A stretch of DNA of 64,000 nucleotides from assembly GCF_009914755.1 (NCBI RefSeq), contig NC_060930.1. One strand, 5' to 3'. Each line of letters begins with the position of its first letter. Positions within the stretch are counted from its first letter, which is position 1. This document shows positions 61,630-64,000 of the stretch, in pieces. Both the position numbers and the translations under genes were made by a program. Under the pieces are notes generated by a model, which had not been told where the DNA came from, ran no database searches, and saw nothing but the letters and a program-made list of their open reading frames with translations. The stretch is from the human T2T-CHM13v2.0 reference genome, Homo sapiens.

Positions 61630-62331
61630 CTTTACTAGCCTGTTATTGTGTTGCTGTAGAGAACTGCCTGAGACTAGATCATTTATAAAGAAAAGAGGCT
61701 TAATTGACTCACAGTTCTGCAGGCTGTACAGAAAATATGGAGCTGGTATCTGCTTGGCTTCTGGTGAAACCTCAGGGAGCTCTCAATCATGGGAGAAGGT
61801 GAAGGGGGAGCAAGTGTCTCACATGGCAGAATAGGAGCAACAGAGAGTGGGTGTATTAGTCCATTTCTACACTGCTATAAAGAACAACCTGAGACTGGGT
61901 AACTTATGAAGAAAAGATGTTTAATTGACTCAAAGTTCCACAGGCTGTACAGGAAGTATGGATGGGAGGTCTCAGGAAACTTACAATCATGGCAGAAGGG
62001 TGAAGGAGAAGCAAACACATCTTCACATGATGGCAGGAGAGAGAGAGAGGAAAGAGAGAGAGCTTGAATGGGGACCCGTTATATGCTTTCAAACAACCAG
62101 ATCTCATGAAAACTCTATCACAAGAACAGCAAGGGGGATGTCTGCCCCCATTGTTTAATCACTTCTCACCAGGCCTCTACTCCAACACTGGGAATTACAA
62201 TTTGACATGAGGACTGGGTGGGGACACAGAGTCAAATCATATCAGTGGGGGAGGTTCCACATATTTAAGCAACCAGTTCTCATGAGAACTCACTCACTAC
62301 TATGAGGACAGAAAGAAGGCATGAGGGATCC
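61630..62331 (-). mobile_element. MSTB-like LTR, split by MSTA and cut by L1
   Basis: 'ctcacagttctgcaggctgtacag..atctgcttggcttctggtga' resuming at 62245 'ggaggttccacata..tttaagcaaccag'. Confidence 0.85.
61852..62244 (-). mobile_element. MSTA solo LTR with 5-bp TSD gtggg
   Basis: tgtattagtcc...aaatcatatca; gtggg at 61847-61851 and 62245-62249. Confidence 0.92.
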
Positions 62332-62334
62332 AAC

Positions 62335-64000
62335 AGATCCTCTCCAGCATCTGTTGTTTCCTGACTCTTTAATGATTGCCATTCTTACTAACGTGAGATA
62401 TCTCATTGTGGTTTTGATTTGCATTTCTCTAATGAGCAGTGATGATGAGCTTTTTTTCATATGTTTGTTGGCTGCATAAATGTCTTCTTTTGAGAAGTGT
62501 CTGTTCATACCCTTCTCCCACCTTTTGATGGGGTTTGTTTTTTTCTTGTAAATTTGTTTAAGTTCCTTGTAGACTCTGGATATTAACCCTTTGTCAGATG
62601 GATAGATATCAAACATTTTCTTCCATTCTGTAGGTTGCCTGTTCACTCTGATGATAGTTTCTTTTGCTATGAAGAAACTCTTTCTTTTAATTAGATCCCA
62701 TTTGTCAATTTTGGCTTTTTTGCCATTGCTTTTGGTGTTTTAGTCATTTGCCCATGCCTATGTCCTGAATGGTATTGCCTAGATTTTCTTCTAGGGTTTT
62801 TATGGTTTTAGGTCTAACATTTAAGTCTTTAATCCATCTTGAGTTAATTTTTGTATAAGGTGTAAGGAAGGGGTCCAGTTTCAGTTTTCTGCATATGGCT
62901 AGCCAGTTTTCCCAACAGCATTTATTAAATAGGGAATCCTTTCCCCATTGGTTGTTTTCATCATGTTTGTCAAAAATCAGATCGTTATATATGTGTGGTA
63001 TGTAGGTGATAGTGTGTAGGTGTTATTGCCGAGGCCTCTGTTCTGTCCCATTGATGTATATGTCTGTTTTGGTACCATTACCCTGCTTTTTTGGTTACTG
63101 TAGCCTTGTAATATAGTTTGAAGTCAGGTAGCATGATGCCTTCAGTTTTGTTATTTTTGCTTAGGATTGTCTTGGCTATAGGGGCTCTTTTTTGGTTTCA
63201 TATGAAATTTAAAGTAGTTTGTTCTAATTCTATGAAGAAAGTCAGTGGCAGCTTGATGGGAATAGCATTGAATCTTTAAATTACTTAGGACAGTATGGCC
63301 GTTTTCACAATATTGACTCTTTCTATCCATGAGGATGGAATGTTTTTCCATTTGCTTGTGTCCTCTCTTATTTCCTTGAGCAGTGGTTTGTAGTTCTACT
63401 TGAAGAGCTCCTTCATGTCTCTTGTAAGTTGTATTCCTAGGTATTTTATTCTCTTTGTAGCAATTGTGAATGGGAGTTCACTCATGTTTTGGCTTTGTGT
63501 TTGTCTATTATTGGTGTAAAGGAATGCTTGCAATTTTTGCACATTGATTTTGTATCCTGAGACTTTGCTGAAGTTGCTTATCACCTTAAGGAGGTTTTGG
63601 GCTGAGATGATGGGATTTTCTAAATATACAATCATGTCATCTGCAAAGAGAGACAATTTGACTTCTTCTCTCTTCCTGTTTGAATACCCTTTCTTTCTCT
63701 TGCTTGATTGCCCTGGTGAGAACTTCCAGTACTATGTTGAATAGGAGTGGTGAGAGAGGTCATCCTTGTCTTATACTGGTTTCCAAAGGGAATGCTTCCA
63801 GCTTTTTCCCATTCAGTATGATATTGGCTACAGGTTTGTCATAAACAGCTCTCATTATTTTGAGATATGTTCCATTAATACCTAGTTTATTGAGTGTTTT
63901 TTTAGCATGAAGGGGTGTTGAGTTTTATTGAAGGCCTTTTCTGCATCTATTGAAATAATTATGTGGTTTTTGTCATTGGTTCTGTATATGGGATGGATTA
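62335..64000 (-). mobile_element. L1PA7/8-like ORF2 segment, no 3'UTR at the left junction, runs off window
   Basis: Track ORFs [31 protein letters not shown]; antisense L1 text. Confidence 0.95.

Overview
This is AT-rich primate genomic DNA (human or a close relative, based on AluY, L1PA and THE1 elements). It is dominated by interspersed repeats and looks intergenic or deep-intronic. I recognise no host protein-coding gene, tRNA, rRNA or CRISPR array; nearly all long ORFs in the track come from Alu, L1, MaLR/ERV or microsatellite sequence. Content: about 13 Alus; a 5'-inverted L1PA3/4-type insertion with a 16-bp TSD (49105-52259); a second L1PA at the window end; two full-length MaLR elements (MSTD-like 19138-21753, THE1 59103-61394); a deleted ERVL provirus with both MLT2 LTRs (38595-42775); a MER57-type ERV1 with env and integrase remnants (47167-55590); Tigger and hAT MITEs; and L2, MIR, CR1 and L1M fragments. 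The most unusual structure is a 55-bp inverted repeat (43641-43695 / 44422-44476) whose arms match at 53/55 even though a decayed Tigger3 plus an Alu sit between them; it is flanked by GTATCTC direct repeats and may be a Crypton-like hairpin element. Also notable are a CpG-retaining unique island with two interleaved inverted repeats (32988-33026) and a speculative minus-strand chain of small exons (16614 down to 11561). Subfamily names come from recalled diagnostic motifs, not a database search, and boundaries of old elements are approximate.
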